Part shown: one piece after another, positions 1 to 13,136 of the stretch | How positions within the stretch are numbered: the stretch's first letter is position 1 | Layout of the letters: each line of letters opens with the position of its first letter | Source: Lama glama | Lineage: Eukaryota | Length of the DNA: 64,000 nt | NCBI GenBank assembly: GCA_028534125.1 | Contig: CM052821.1 | Coordinates: 53,010,001 to 53,074,000 of the forward strand | Reading direction: 5' to 3' | The notes under the pieces: generated by a model | Seen by the model: the letters and a program-made list of their open reading frames with translations, nothing else | Databases searched by the model: none | Told to the model about the DNA's origin: nothing | Program-made: the position numbers and the translations under genes

Positions 1-378
1 GGGGTGATGAGCCGGAAGGCTGCGGCTCTCGGAGGGAAGGGTCCTGTGTGTGCAGGCTGGCCCTTCACCCTCCCATCCCCTTCCCAAGCACAGAGGGAGG
101 AGAAGGCCCTGCAGAGTAGGAGGGGCTCCTGGTGGCTCACTCTGGATGGTGTGGCAGGATGTGGCGAAACAACTGGGATGAGAGGCTGGTCTGTGGTCAG
201 TGTCGAGACCGGGTCTGACCAGGCCCTGGTTCCCACACTGAGGACACACTGTGAGCTCCCAGACCTTTCCATTCGGTCTGCACAGCCCAGCTCCGGGAGT
301 CAGAGGCGAGTGCCCGCGGAGCGGGGCCGAGGGCTGCGGCTGTCTGTGGCCCTGCTGCTGCACTCGCCCGGCACGTAC

Positions 379-576
379 CACTCTTCCTCATGACCAGGAC
401 GTCGCCGCACTCATCCTCGATGGGCAGGAAGATCTCGGGGACCACGATGAGAATCCTGCGCTTGGGGGGTGGCGAGATGTGCCACACACACTCGGCGTTG
501 GCCGGGTAGTCTCCAGGGTAGTTGGGGGACTCGATGTAGCCCGTGTAGTCGCCAAGCTCGCCGCCACAGTGCTGGT
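379..576 (-). CDS. SCUBE1: SCUBE1 exon 19 (N-terminal half of CUB domain), 198 nt
   Basis: Acceptor GTGCCCACAG|AC, donor AGTG|GTACGT; [66 protein letters not shown]. Confidence 0.96.
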
Positions 577-2238
577 CTGTGGGCACCGTGGCCGGGGCCC
601 TGGTCAGGCTCGCAGGACGGGAGCCCTGGCTGGCTGGGCTTTCAACAGCCTTGGAGGCCCAGGGCAGGGCTGGCGGGTGCTTGGCCCCTTCCGTGGCCTG
701 TCTCCACCCGGCCCTCCCCAACGGCCAGCCAGGCCTTGGGCTCGTCCTCCCTGGGGGGCCCCGCTGAGGGGCAGGTCCCTGTTCCCACATTGGTTCTCTG
801 AGACCCAGCCCGAGCGTCTCCTTCTTCCTGGTCACCCTTGGCTGCCTCACCTGCATCTCTGTGGCTGAGCCCTGTCCTGGCCTCCTGCTGGGAGCCACTC
901 ACCGCTCCCCGCCAGCCCCTGCTCTCCTCCTGTGTCTCAGCCAAGGCCAGTGTGCCAACTTCCCTTTTCTCTCCGCTCACTCATCTGTCCATTCCTTTGC
1001 TCAACATCTGCTGAGGGACCCCAGGTGCCAGGTGCGGCAGCCCCCCACAGAGCAGGCAGGCTCAGGGACCAGCAGGCAACACAGCCAGGGACGGAAGACA
1101 CGCTTCCCTTCCTCTGCCTTTTTAGCTAAGCCGTGCACCCTGAAACAGGCCGAACGTGACTCTTTCATTAGCTAGATGGTTCCCAGCCTTAACCTCATAA
1201 AGGAAGTCACACAAAGAAAATTGGATGTAAATGTTAAATATGCATAATTTTCTCACACGTTTTCATTTAAAAATCCTCCCCTCACATCAGCATTTCTGGG
1301 AAACGTCTCATTTTCACCTTATCGTTCCAGAAGCTTCCCTCCCACTTGGTTTCCCCACTTTTCTTCATTAGGACGTTTAAGTGTTGACAACCCTGCTTCT
1401 GCTGAGCCCCACCAGGAGGCCACGAGCCCAGGGGGGCAGCCCGGATGGCATCCCCTGTAGGATGAAACCCCCTTCGCGAGCCCTCAGTCTGTTCCAACGT
1501 GACCGCAGGCCAGGAAAGGGACAACTGGCTGGAATGGATCCGGGAAAAAGTAAAATACCAGAAACTATGTCCCAAAGGACTCTGGAAAGTGAATGAGAAA
1601 TCCCTAAAAGAGGGATGGGATCCTCTGTGTGAGGCCCAAGTGACTTGCTCGTGAGGGGCCAGGACACTAACTCCCAGGTTGCCTTAAGCTGCCCGCGTTT
1701 CTTCTGGTTAAACGGAGCTTCTTACAGACATAAAGGGTTCCTCTTGCACCTGCACACCTGGAACACACTGGGCACCCTGCTTCCTGTTGCTGGGTCCTCT
1801 GGTTTGCGCCCACAGGGCAGTCTAGACGGTACGTGCCTTTAGAGCTGCTGGGTCTGGCCCTGGGCAGCTGCCCCACAAGTCCCCCTGGTATGGGTCCTGG
1901 CTTTTCCGTCCACAGACTTAGAGCCTCGAGCAGGGCCTGGCCTGGCACTGAGGCACGGGTCGCCCCAGTGAGCGACAGGAACCAATGAACGACCATGCAA
2001 TCAGGTTGCTCCATGGAACACAGAGCACGCGCACCCCACACCATGGGGCTCCCGACGACAAAGGGTTCCCTCGGGTGTCTGTCCCACTGAGTGGATGTGC
2101 GGATGTGACAGAGCAGGGAGGAGTCACCAGTCACCCCATGGACACGATGCGAGGTCGGGGCTCACTGCACCCCCCATGACCTGCCCCTGGTCCCCCTGGC
2201 ATTCCCAGCTCCCTGGCCGTGGGAAGAGTAGCACCTAC

Positions 2239-2400
2239 TTTTGCAGTGTGTGACGTTGGTGGAGCCATCGAAATCGGTGCTGGTGTTGCCTGGACAGGTG
2301 ATGCAGTGGTTCTGGCCAAACTCGGGCTGGTAGGTGCCGACAGGGCAGCGGATGCACCGGTGGATGGTGGTGTTGTAGTAGTGGCCGGGGGAGCAGTGCA
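2239..2400 (-). CDS. SCUBE1: SCUBE1 exon 18 (Cys-rich repeat), 162 nt
   Basis: Acceptor TCCCCCACAG|TG, donor AAAA|GTAGGT; [54 protein letters not shown]. Confidence 0.96.
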
Positions 2401-3748
2401 CTGTGGGGGAGGCGACAGTGGGAAAGGGCAGGGGGGCCTGCCATTCTCTCCGGGGCTCCCTGCCCTCAAGGTCTGACTCAGAAAAGGGTTCAAGGCCCTT
2501 CCCCACCATCCAGTGACCTCTCACTGTGTGCACCCAGTCTGAACAGGTCGACCCCTCCGCTCCCTGACGCTGTCCACAACTGTGCAGAGTGCGCTGTGGA
2601 CCCCCGGGGTCTGAGCAGTGAGCCAAGCAGACCCAGCCCTGCCGGGGGGTTGACATCCTACTCGGCTGTGCTGGACGCCGCGTCTGTTCCTCCGTCGGTG
2701 GTAATAAGCGGGGAGAATTGTAAGGCCGGGAGTGGAGGGAGGCCGGAGAAGGCAGCACTGAGGGGGCTGCGTGGAGACCTGAGGGGCGTGGAGCCGGCCC
2801 TGCTGGTGTGGGCTGAGCGGAGGTCAGGGGCTGTGGTGAGGGCCCTGCTTTCCTAGTCCACCTGGAGCTGCCCTGGGTTCCTGGCTGCTGCGTTGGGAGT
2901 GGGCTCCGGGGGCGGGGGCAGAGGCGGAGGCCCAGGCAGGACACGTCAGGGCCAGGAGAGGTGGCGGTGGCCTGGGTCAGGGAGGCAGCAGTGAGGTAGT
3001 GAGAAGTCACTGCAGCCTGGGTCTGTTTAGAGGCTAGAGCTGCAGGGGCCACGGACAGACTGGGTGTGAGGGGAGAGGGACGAGGACTCGGGGCGATTCC
3101 AAGGTTCCCTTGAGTGCCTGGCAGGAGGGAGCCACCGTGCCCTGGGGAGGCCAGACGCTCTTGCTAGGAGGTTGGCAGTAAAGGGAAGAAAACCTGGCAG
3201 GAGCTAGGGGGCAGGTGGGGCAGGAGAGCGCCTCCTCAGAACGAGAGGGTTCAGGGAGTCTGTACGTTGGGCCATCAGCAGGTGGGGAGGCTGTCCCAAA
3301 AGCCCGGGGCTGAGAGGGAGCGTGTGCAGGGGAAGCAGGGCCCTCAGTGGAGGGCAGGGCCCGGGGTGACATGGAGGTGAGACTCCTCTGACCTCACCCT
3401 GCCGCCCCTCCGCCGCCCTCACTGCCTTGCCTTCCTCCTCCAGTCCTTCCTCATGGTGAGCGCAAAGCATCCCCAGAGCCTGGAGGAGCTGGCGGCTCCT
3501 CCTTCTTGCTCCGGGGGCTCAAAGCTCCAGACTGGAGCTACTGGCCTGCCTGGCCCTCTCATCGAGACCCTTGGGCAGGCTGGTGTCGGACCCCCTGCAG
3601 TCCCCATCCTAGCGTGTAGCACAGGGCCAGTCACCAGTGTCCACTGCGCCAGGCCCCTCCTCTGACCCAGGAGGTTTGCCACGGCAGGAACTGAGAGGCC
3701 TTGAGGGAAACTGTCCCTGAGCAGAGGGGTGGGTGGGAGCGTCCTCAC

Positions 3749-3916
3749 CTTTGGCCTCACAGTCTTGGAAGGAGGCTGTGCCCTCGTGCTTGGTGAGCAG
3801 CCCCCCTCCGCAGGGGAAGCAGCCCGTGCGCCCCGGCTCAGGCTGGTACGTGCCCACAGGGCAGGCCTGGCAGGGCCTGAAGCCATCGGTGGAGAAGGAG
3901 CCTGGAGAGCACTGGC
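3749..3916 (-). CDS. SCUBE1: SCUBE1 exon 17 (Cys-rich repeat), 168 nt
   Basis: Acceptor TTTGACTTCCAG|GC, donor AAAG|GTGAGG; [56 protein letters not shown]. Confidence 0.95.
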
Positions 3917-5218
3917 CTGGAAGTCAAAGGTCAAGGCTCAGGCTAGGGGAAGGGCGCCTCAGGCCAGGCCCTGTGCTGAGCCCTCAGCTGCCCCTGGGAA
4001 AGGCACCAAGGCTGGGGGGTGAGGGGGAGGACCTGGGGGAGGAGGACTGGCCTCCCAGCGGCTCATGCACTGTGTGGCCTTGGCCAGGCCTGGCTTGCTT
4101 CTCCCACTGGCTAGAAGGGCTGTGGATTGAAGAGAAGTGGCCCTGCTCCTGAGCTGGAAGTGTGGACCCCACATATGGAGGTGGAAGGTCGTGGGAGGCA
4201 ATTTATTTGGGGGGGCTCTCCCAGAGGGCTGGCCACACTGAGTCTTCACATGACGATCTAGGGCTGTCAAGTTCCAGGCTGATGCTGCCTTGTCTGTCTG
4301 CCTGGCTGAGCAGAGGGAGGAGGGTCTTTGAGGTCCCTAGGGCACAGTTGGGAGAAAGGGAGGGGACAACACATTCTAGCAAAAGATCAGGATGGAGTGG
4401 GTTTATTGCCCTCTCAGCCCAGACCCTGGAATTCTCTGCTCCCACAGTGGCCACTCTGTGCTGCCAGTCACCATCCCCCCAGGGCAGAGACCACATGCCT
4501 GGAGGGGGCAGGGGCTAGAGGGCAGCTGGCTAGCCTACAGAGACTCAGGGCTGGGCTCTGATGTTTTCTGTTGGAAGAAGGCTGGAGATCTCCAGCACCC
4601 TAAGGGTCCCACTCACCAGCACACATTTCCCCACCTATTCTCCTGGCTGATCCCCACAATGGCCTGGGAAGGGAGGCTGATGGGGGGAAGGCTATGAGCC
4701 CATTTCATAGATGAGGTTAAGTAAGGGTTGTAAATGGAAGAACTCTTTGTAAACCAAACTGTGCTTGGTAAGTTGAAAAAGGCTTTCCAAACCACCTATA
4801 GGGCAAACTGTAGAGTTCTTTGTGTGGAGCACAGTTCTTGCCCAAGTGTCTGGCCCCACTCCATGAAGCATTCCGACAACGCTGGGCTGGAGGTGGAACG
4901 TGTTTGGACACATAAAGAACTATGCACTCCATTACAAGCTGACCTGTAAATGATCAAGTGTCAAGTCCCTTCCAACCTGCATGATGCAGTTTTAAGGTGC
5001 ACCCAGTGCAGCCGAGTGCCTGCTCCCCGCCGTGCCCTGTGGCACGTGCACCTGTGGGTCTGCACCTGTAAGTGAAGCTGCATGGAAGTCAGGACAGGCT
5101 CTGGAAATGGCAAAGACTTTACAGAAGATCACGAGGCACCCGGGCCTTTGCTTTGGGAACCTCAGGGAGGCTGGAGATACCCTGTCCCCGCCCTTTCCCA
5201 GGGTGGGCCCGTACTCGC

Positions 5219-5380
5219 CTCCACACTCGGATACGTTGCGGGCACCCGCCAGGCCTAGCCCGTCGTTGCTGGGGCACGGCGTGCAGCTGAGCTGGCCATC
5301 CCCATCCTGGTAGGTCCCCGGTGTGCAGGGCACACACTGGCCGGGCTCTCCGCTGAAGAAGGTGCCAGGACTGCAGGCCA
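5219..5380 (-). CDS. SCUBE1: SCUBE1 exon 16 (Cys-rich repeat), 162 nt, followed by a GC donor
   Basis: Acceptor TTTTGCCCCTGCAG|TG, donor GGAG|GCGAGT; [54 protein letters not shown]. Confidence 0.93.
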
Positions 5381-6111
5381 CTGCAGGGGCAAAATGGAGA
5401 GACTGCTGGTGGCAGAGGTGGGGAGCGGTGGCCGGGGGTCTGGCCACCTGGCTCCTGGTGCCTCAAGCTCAGGCTCTGTTCTTCCGGATGGGACACAGCT
5501 CTCGTTCCTGTGGCTCAGAGGAGCCGGGGGTAGGAGCCAGGCGGTGGTCATCGGTGAGGACCCTGGAGGCCTGTCCTGGTCCCATGTCCTCTCCTGGCTG
5601 CCCCTGGGCACGGTCCTCTGCAGACCCCTCTGTCTCAGCCCTCTCATAAATGCCTGTGGTCCCAGGGCTCCTTTGCTCTTTCTGCTCCACACACTGTCTT
5701 CCAGCCCTGACCCCTCGGCCTGGGTACCAACTGCCTCCTGGATGCCCCACAGTCACTTCATTCACCAAGCTCCCCTGCCCACCCTTTTCTTTCCCCATGT
5801 GGCAGACTTGGCATCTGAGGACATGGGGCAGCGCAGAGGGCCTGGGGGAGTGACACAGGGACAGGCAGGAAGGCCTGGGGGTGGAGGACATTGCAGAGAC
5901 GGTGGGCTGAAGAGAGAGCCATTGACCAAATAAGCAAAGTGATGAGCAAATAAGGAAACTCGTTGAGAAAATAAGGTAAAGAGAAAGGGAGCCAAGTGTG
6001 TCACTGGAGAAAATATTTAGAAACATGGAAAAAGAACATGGGGGAAAAAGGTTAGAAAGAATCCCAAGGTACTGAATTGGAGCTACTGGTGTGAACTCAT
6101 GGTTTTATATC

Positions 6112-6270
6112 ACACATAACAAACTGGTGTAGAGCACAGGGAATTATATTCAATTTCTTGTAATGAGCTGTAATAGAAAAGAATCCGAAAAACAGTATGT
6201 ATAACTGAACAGCTTTGCTGTACACCTGAAGCTAACATTGTAAACTGACTACACTTCAACTAAAAGAATA
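6112..6270 (+). mobile_element. Cetartiodactyl-type L1 3' terminal fragment nested in the older L1
   Basis: agcacagggaattatattcaatttcttgtaat...tgtataactgaacagctttgctgtacacctgaagctaacattgtaaactgactacacttcaac matches the recalled artiodactyl L1 3' end. Confidence 0.75.
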
Positions 6271-6627
6271 CATCCCCATCAAATCCTAGGCAGTCGCAGA
6301 GGGAAAAAGGTGAGTGAAGGTGGAGGAACCAGTGGCGGGCTGGGGCAATACCCTGTGCCTCCTGATGGGGGCGCAGAAGAGCAGACATGGAGCGTGGTTT
6401 TCCTGCCAAGAACCAGGAAACCTCAGCAGCAGCTAGCCAAGGGTCGCCCTACAGAACTTAGGGAAGGCAGGAGAGAGCAAGGGACTGCTCGAGATGAAGG
6501 ACTCTGAGGAGACACGACCGCTAAACGTAACACGCCTTCCTGGAGAGGAAAGGGAGGTTGTGGGAGAGCTGGTGAAGTCTGATGGGGCGTGCGGATCGGA
6601 TGGGAAGGTGAAGGCTAAACTAGCACG

Positions 6628-6659
6628 CCATACACACACACACACACACAGACACACAC
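6628..6659. repeat. (CA)n microsatellite
   Basis: catacacacacacacacacacagacacacac. Confidence 0.85.
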
Positions 6660-7992
6660 GTGAGGAAGCCCTGGGGAGCAAATGCTGTCAAATGCCCACA
6701 GCGGGGGAGTCTGGGTGAAGAAGATACTGAAGTTCTTTGTTCTGTCTGGCAATGTTACTGAAATTTTGAAATCATCTCAAAGTAAGTTATTAAACATAAA
6801 AGAATGACATCGCCAAGTCCCTCGCCCTCCTCGCACATCAGGGACCGGCCCCTCTGCCCGCCCTGCTGCCCGAGCTGGAGTCCTGCCTTCCCTGCCCCAC
6901 CCCACCGTCCTAAATCCCCTCTTCTCCAGTGGCTCCCCGTCTGCCTCTCTGGCCCAGTCTATGCTTTGTGCTCCAGGTCTGAGGCCCCCGCCACCTAGTC
7001 AACACCTTCACGTGGATGACTCATGAGCATCTCAGACTAACAAGGACTCTTGGCACCTCCGCCAGCTCCCTCACCTGAAGTTCCTCCCAGATCAGAAAGT
7101 GCTGCCACCTGCACCCAAGTGGCCAAAACCTCTGGAGCCATCCTTGAAGCCTCCCGCTCCCTTGCCTACCTCTCTTAGCAGCACGCTCAGTCTCTCTCTT
7201 GCTGCCCACCTCACCTGCTGCCCCAGCTCTAGGTTCTACTGTCTCTCGCTCGACCTCCGTGCCACTGTCCCCCGCACTCAGCCTGCCCACAGCAGAGAGT
7301 GGCTGGGCTGCACCTGGCTCAGTGTGTCCCAGTGTCCCCCCTGCACTCGGAGTAGCACCATGGCCTGCGAGGCCCCTCAGCTTGCCCGTGGGGGTGCTCA
7401 CTCTCTTGCTGGCTGTCTTCTTTCCCATGAACCGTGAACCCATTAGAACAGGGACTCTGTCATGTCCACCACCTCTTATCCACCGGGGGCATCGCTAAGC
7501 CTGGCCCTTCCCGAGAAGCCAGCCCCGGGGTGCCTGGCTCACTGGCCCGGTTGGCAGCCAGCCTGCAGCCCACCCCCACCGAGGCCTCACTGCTTCCCTG
7601 CAGACCCCCTGCAGCCCCGCATGCGTCTTCACTCTGCTCCTCCTCTGCGCTTGGCTCCCACCCGCCTCCTCTGGGAGCTTCTAACCACACAGACTGGCCC
7701 CGTGCCCTTCATGCCCCTCGGCTGTGGCTTTGCTGGCCTGTGCTCTCCCTGCCCACCCCTCTCAGGACCGCGGTGAGGGTCATAGGTACAAACATTCCCA
7801 GCTCCTTAAATGACAGCCGTCTGCCCAGTACCAGGGTGCCTCTCCCGGGCAGGCCTCCGTGTCTCTCCGGCCTCTCCCAACCTATCTGTCTCCCTTGGGG
7901 GACTGTCTACCTAGGCCGAGTGTGGAAGGGACAGAGAAGGTTTGCAGAGGACATCTGAGCAGCTGCGGGCAGGTGGGCAGGGACTCACTCAC

Positions 7993-8196
7993 CACATTTG
8001 CCATCCTGCAGCACCTGGCCCGTGCCACACGTCCCCTGGCCCTCCGGGACCTTGGCCGGCCGCTGGGCCACCTCGTACTCGGTGCCGGCAACCTGGATGG
8101 AGAAGTGCTGCCGGCTGAGGGACTTCCGCAGGGTCTTGATGGCAGCCTGCAAGCTCTGCTCCACTCGCTTCCGCACACAGTCCGCTGCGCAGGTGT
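7993..8196 (-). CDS. SCUBE1: SCUBE1 exon 15 (spacer), 204 nt
   Basis: Acceptor CCCCTGCAG|AC, donor TGTG|GTGAGT; [26 protein letters not shown]...GQVLQDGKC. Confidence 0.95.
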
Positions 8197-9128
8197 CTGC
8201 AGGGGTGGGCGAGGCCGTGACCCACCGCCCCTCGAGGAGCGGCCTCTTCACTCAGGTTCCCACCCGCCGGGCGCGGCACCCGGCCGGCCTTGGCTCCCAG
8301 TGCGTTCTCTCAGCAGCCCTGGGCCGAGGCACTGACGCTGTGAATGTCTGATGGATGAGGAGACTGAGGCTCCGAGTGTTCTGACCTGCTCAAGGCCATG
8401 CAGCAGACCTGAGTAGGAACCAGACCTCTGCCACTGCAACACCTCTCCTCCCCAGGGCACGACTCACTGCTGGGTGTCCCTGCCTGTCACTTAGACACCC
8501 TTGTGGCTGACAGACCTCAGCTCGTTCTCACGTGCTCACCACCTTGCGTCTCCCTTGGCGCAGGGGAGTTTGTGGGCTCCCCCATGGCTGGGAGTGCTGC
8601 TGGCTTGGGGACCAGAGTCTGTCCCTTCTTGCCACAGTGTTCAGGTTCAGGCACACACAGTGCACATTTGCTGACAGATCTCCACTCCTCGGTCACAACT
8701 CAACACTCATTCACAGCCCAGAGGGGGATGGTATGAAGCACAAGCCAGCATTCCACAAGCCCCCTTCTGGAACCTGGGAAAGACAGGTCTTTGGCGCAAC
8801 CATCCTGGGGAGGCTGCAGGGATTAGCCCTTTTGGGCCCCACCCAGGGTGTGGAGGGGTGGGGAGAGGCCCTGCGGCTGTCACTGCAGGCCTCCAAGCCC
8901 CGCTCCTCTCACGGCCCTGGGCCTCCTCTTCCACCCTGGGTTGAGCAACTGCTTTAAGGCCCTGGCACTGACCCCTGCCGGTTCCCCCGCCTGCCTGGCT
9001 GGCCTCTACTTCCTGTAGCTGTGGCTTGGGTGGGAGCCTAGCTTCAGCCTAGTAGACCCCCGCCAGCCCTCCCAGTCCACCGACCTCACTGAGGCCCTCA
9101 GCACCTCAGGAGGGGACCCCTCACCCAC

Positions 9129-9266
9129 CTGAGACCTCTTCCATCTTTGTCTCAACCTCAAACTCTGCTGTGATGTGGGTCACCTCCTTGGATGGGGACT
9201 TTCGGCCACGGCGCCTCTTCTTGGAGGAGTCACACTTGAGGGTCACAAAGGTCACGTGGCAGTTCT
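9129..9266 (-). CDS. SCUBE1: SCUBE1 exon 14 (spacer with polybasic cluster), 138 nt
   Basis: Acceptor CCTTGTCCAG|AG, donor TCAG|GTGGGT; [46 protein letters not shown]. Confidence 0.95.
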
Positions 9267-10055
9267 CTGGACAAGGAAGGGACCGCTGTGGCAAAGGTGG
9301 CACAGGGCAGAGAGCAGGGTCCTACCTGCCCTGCACACAAAGTGCCGTTGGCAAGGGTCCCACCTTGCCGAACAGTCCACGTGCAGATGGGGAAACAGGC
9401 TAAGGAAGGCCAGGGTTTTCTGAGGGGCCAGAGGCTGAGCCAGGCCCCGCACCCGGCCCTTCTGAGTTCCCAACACCGCCGCGTACCAGGCACCTTGTGC
9501 ATCTTCCTTAGCAAAGCTGTGCAGCTCTAGCTCCGGGCCACTTGGCCCAGGTCAGGCCTGCTGAGTGCCAAGGTTTCTCAGATTTCAGGGGCAATCCTGA
9601 GGTGTCCAGGAACCTTCATGGAAACAGCTGGGGTGCCCTCCTCCTGCACCCGTCTCCCCAGGCTTTCCCTGTGCTGTTCCCCCAGCCTGGAACACCCTTC
9701 TCGGCCACCCTCACTCAAGAAGGAGCCTCTGCGTGAGCCCTCGATCCCTTCCGTTTGGCAACAACCAGGCTGCGCAGAAAGCCCAGGTCTGGGGGAGCTC
9801 GTTGAACCCCCGGGAAGGCAGGGACGGTGGGCCCCAGCGACGCTGGGGGACAGGCTTTCCATGCACATGCTGGCTTTCTTCCCCAGGGACACCCCCACTG
9901 TCAACAGCGCCCCGGGCGTGGCTCCACGGCAGTGAGGGTGAAGAGAGGCTCCGACTTTGAAAACCCAGTCCTGTTGGACCCTGGGGCCCCAGAGCCCGGG
10001 AATGGGGACCCGCTGCCGCCCCCTGAGTGGGTTGGTAACAACACGGCCCACTCAC

Positions 10056-10172
10056 CCAGCAGCTGCTGCCTCAGGGCCTCCTTTGCTGGCTCCCGGCTTT
10101 GGGGCCGGAGGTGGCACTTGGCGTCTCGGATCTTGAAGCGGGCCTTCTGTCTGATGAGGGTGGCAGGGGCAC
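10056..10172 (-). CDS. SCUBE1: SCUBE1 exon 13 (spacer), 117 nt
   Basis: Acceptor CTCTCCCCAG|GT, donor CTGG|GTGAGT; [39 protein letters not shown]. Confidence 0.94.
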
Positions 10173-11092
10173 CTGGGGAGAGCCCAAACCCCCCCAAGTG
10201 GTGGCTCCTCCTGTGGGCAGGGAGGTGGGGCCTGGGGGCTGCAGAGGGAGCGCCTGAGTGTGAGGGGGCTGCCGGGGGACGAATCCACTGGGAGCTGGGG
10301 GTGGGGACCTCTGCTGCCTTGACTCTCTCCCTGAAAAAGGTGAAAGTGTGGACGGTGGGGTCAAGTTCAAGCCAGGGGCCATCCAGCCAGAGGCCTTCTG
10401 CAGAGCAGGAAAGGCCAGCCTCCCACCTCCTCCACCATCAAAGCCAGTTCATGTGGTTCATGCTTTCAGGAAAAGGGACAGGACAGAAGAGAGAGGGAAG
10501 CAAGGAAGGGAAGGGGTTTTGAAATAATATAAACGCTCAGAGCCACTGATTCTTTTTAAGAGCACATCACAGACCCTTGGCCTAAAGAATCCTACAGTCA
10601 CAGAGGCTGAGAAGTACACGTGTGTGGACTGGATGCCCACCAGCTCCAGCGTCCTGCACAGGACACGCTGGAGGGGTTGCTGGCAGGGGAGCTGGCGGGC
10701 TGTGCTGACCGGGACCCGGGACACACGCTCCCAGCCAAAGCGCGACCCTGGGAGCTTTCAGAGCCTCGTGGCCACAGCAGATGTGACTCACTTCACTGAA
10801 ACTACATCTGAGGTCCACAGATGCATGGCACTTTAGGGTCACTAAACCACTCTGGAACCACAGCGCAGAGCCTCAGAGCCAGAAGGGCCCTTTCATGGTC
10901 CACCGCCCCTGGGCTGGGACTCAGCCTGTGGTCTGCCTGCCCCTCGGTCCTGGCCCTGCTCCTAGCTCCCTGGCACCCTGAGGAGGCAGGCCCCAGGCCG
11001 GGAGGCTCTTCCCTCTGCTCCCGGCACAGTGCTGGACGCAAAGTCAAGGGCTCGTGCAGGTGTGCACGGGGCACGGACAGGCCAGGGGCTAC

Positions 11093-11197
11093 CTGAGCAG
11101 CTGGGCCCGCTGCTGGAGCTGGTGCTGTTGCGTTTCTGCAGTGTCTTGCCCTGGAGGCCTGGGACCCCGCAGCTCAGGCTGTAGCTGTTGTCCGAGT
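11093..11197 (-). CDS. SCUBE1: SCUBE1 exon 12 (spacer), 105 nt
   Basis: Acceptor CTCTCTGCAG|AC, donor TCAG|GTAGCC; [35 protein letters not shown]. Confidence 0.94.
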
Positions 11198-11568
11198 CTG
11201 CAGAGAGGCCAGTGGTGAGATGGGCCTGGGTGCCCCCGGCTTCTAGCACCCCCAGATCGATCCCGGGGCCTTGGAGGGGTCACTGAGTAAGAGGAAGGTC
11301 AGCACTGACCCTTATGTCAGTTCATTTCTGCTACACGACTATGGGCTAGGCAGCTGGGCGGGAGGGAGGGAGGGAGTCCACTGTACTTCTGAGGACACAA
11401 GGCCCACACAGAACCTGACAGCTGCCCAGGATCACTCAGGGGCCAGGGCCAGGGGTCCTCATACCTAGGCTGGGGTCCCTTCCTGGAGAATAGCAGGCAG
11501 CAGGGCGGGATCCCGGGGAAGGAAGTCCCCGCCCCCCACCATCCCATCTCGGGGACACCCCGGGTTAC

Positions 11569-11688
11569 CTGGCGTGAAGAGGGTGTGGGCCAGGCAGGAC
11601 AGGGAGCAGCTCTCCACACTGCCTGCCTTGCTGCAGGACAGCTGGGCCTGGGGCGAGGCCTTGGCCCGAGAAAGGCACTTGCCCGTCT
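11569..11688 (-). CDS. SCUBE1: SCUBE1 exon 11 (spacer), 120 nt
   Basis: Acceptor CTTTCTCCTCAG|AG, donor CCAG|GTAACC; [40 protein letters not shown]. Confidence 0.95.
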
Positions 11689-12079
11689 CTGAGGAGAAAG
11701 AAGACACGACGGAGGGCTTGAGGGGCCAGGGAGGCCTTCTGGAGCTGGCGGGGCCCCTGAGCACAGACCAACAGGGACTCCCACTGCACCTCCATCCCCT
11801 GCCCAGGCCGTCTTGGTGGGAGGGGGATGGGAGTTGGCAGGTCCACATTCTTTGGACACGTGGGGGCACTGGGCCCAGAGAGCTGTTCTCGCCTCCCCTG
11901 ACCCCAGTCCAGGCTGTCTGTGAGCAGGTTCACACCCCATGCCCAGGGCGGGGCTGGGTTCTCCAGAGCAGGTGTCTGTGCCCATCTGGGGAAAGGAACG
12001 GCTGAAAATAATGGACGGGGCTTCTTGGCAGAGACCAGCCCCTAAGTGGGTCACTGGGAGCCCCTCTCTGGGGCAGCGC

Positions 12080-13136
12080 TCGGACCCACCCATGGGTGTC
12101 TGAAGATGTCCAAAACTGAGCTCTTCAGACTTTCTCGTGTGTTTATTTATCTTTTGAGGATTAAAAGATGTCCCAGACTCCTAGGAAAAGACTGACGATT
12201 CTATAGTCCAGGAAAACATCCGAACTGACTTTATGGAAGTCTGACTGACCAGTGACAGCTGCCTCCGGAAGTGTCACCCTCGGAGCCCACCGTCAGCGGT
12301 GGGGTCGCTCCAGGCTTGAGGGGACGTAAACCTGATTTGCTTTGGTTTATTAAAACCACCCGAGTAGCGGGGCTTTGTAACACTCCTCGGTTCTTTCCCA
12401 AGTTCCAGCCTGTAACTGCTCCTTTGGGGTCATGCTCAGAAGACGTTCCCCTTTCCCAGGTCAAAGCCCCGACCCCACCCCGTAGTGCGGAGGGATCTTC
12501 TGTGCAAACGGGACTGCAGCTGAGATGCACCTGAGAGGTTGTTTATGGAAGTCTCCGAAAATTCTCCTACGAGTCAGCTCAAATCTTGGCTGATGGGAGC
12601 CTTAATATGCCTCTATTATATATGATCAAAACCCAGAATCCCCGGGGCAAAGCTTCCACAACAGCAGCAGAACGACTGGAACAGAGCCCAGGAAGAGCCC
12701 GGGTTAGTCTTCCCAAGTGGCCATTAACCTTCTTTGTTGGTATCAATGGGCAAAGCTTAGGGCAGGCTCTCAGGGGACAAGCTCAACAACACGGGAAGCA
12801 CTGGTGACCAAGGCTCGTCCTCCCTGCCTCAGAGCCACCACAGCCTTGGCTGGAACAGCTGCAGCACCTTTAAATCTGAGGGTACCCATGCATACGATCC
12901 CTACTGTGACCGAAAACTCCCAGAGCTTTTCCTGCTTGTCGGTGAACTAATTATGCTGTCTGGGTCCTTTGTCCTTCTCAGATTACCAATGAGCACTCCT
13001 ACCCCTCCCCGCAGGAGAGCCCCCATCCATCTCTGTGCACCTGTACTCAGAAGTGCTCACAGCTGGAACAGAGCTTCTGGAGACTCCGCGCCAAATCCGG
13101 ACTCAGTACTGTCTGTTGCTGAGACTTACCTTAAAC
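12080..13136 (+). mobile_element. Decayed class I ERV internal region, 5' part (gag/RT-connection/RNase H start)
   Basis: Degenerate peptides GLRGRKPDLLWFIKTTRVAG (gag-like), LPKWPLTFFVGINGQSLG, PPCLRATTALA..PLNLRVPMH..TENSQSFS and NPDSVLSVAETYLK (cf. RNase H NPDxxLFVDGSYLK). Left boundary approximate. Confidence 0.7.

Larger units (their letters stand above)
5925..6803 (+). mobile_element. Old L1 3' end fragments (L1MC-like)
   Basis: A-rich segment ending ggggagtctgggtgaagaagatactgaagttctttgttctg...aattttgaaatcatctcaaagtaag, typical of L1MC 3' UTRs. Confidence 0.6.
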
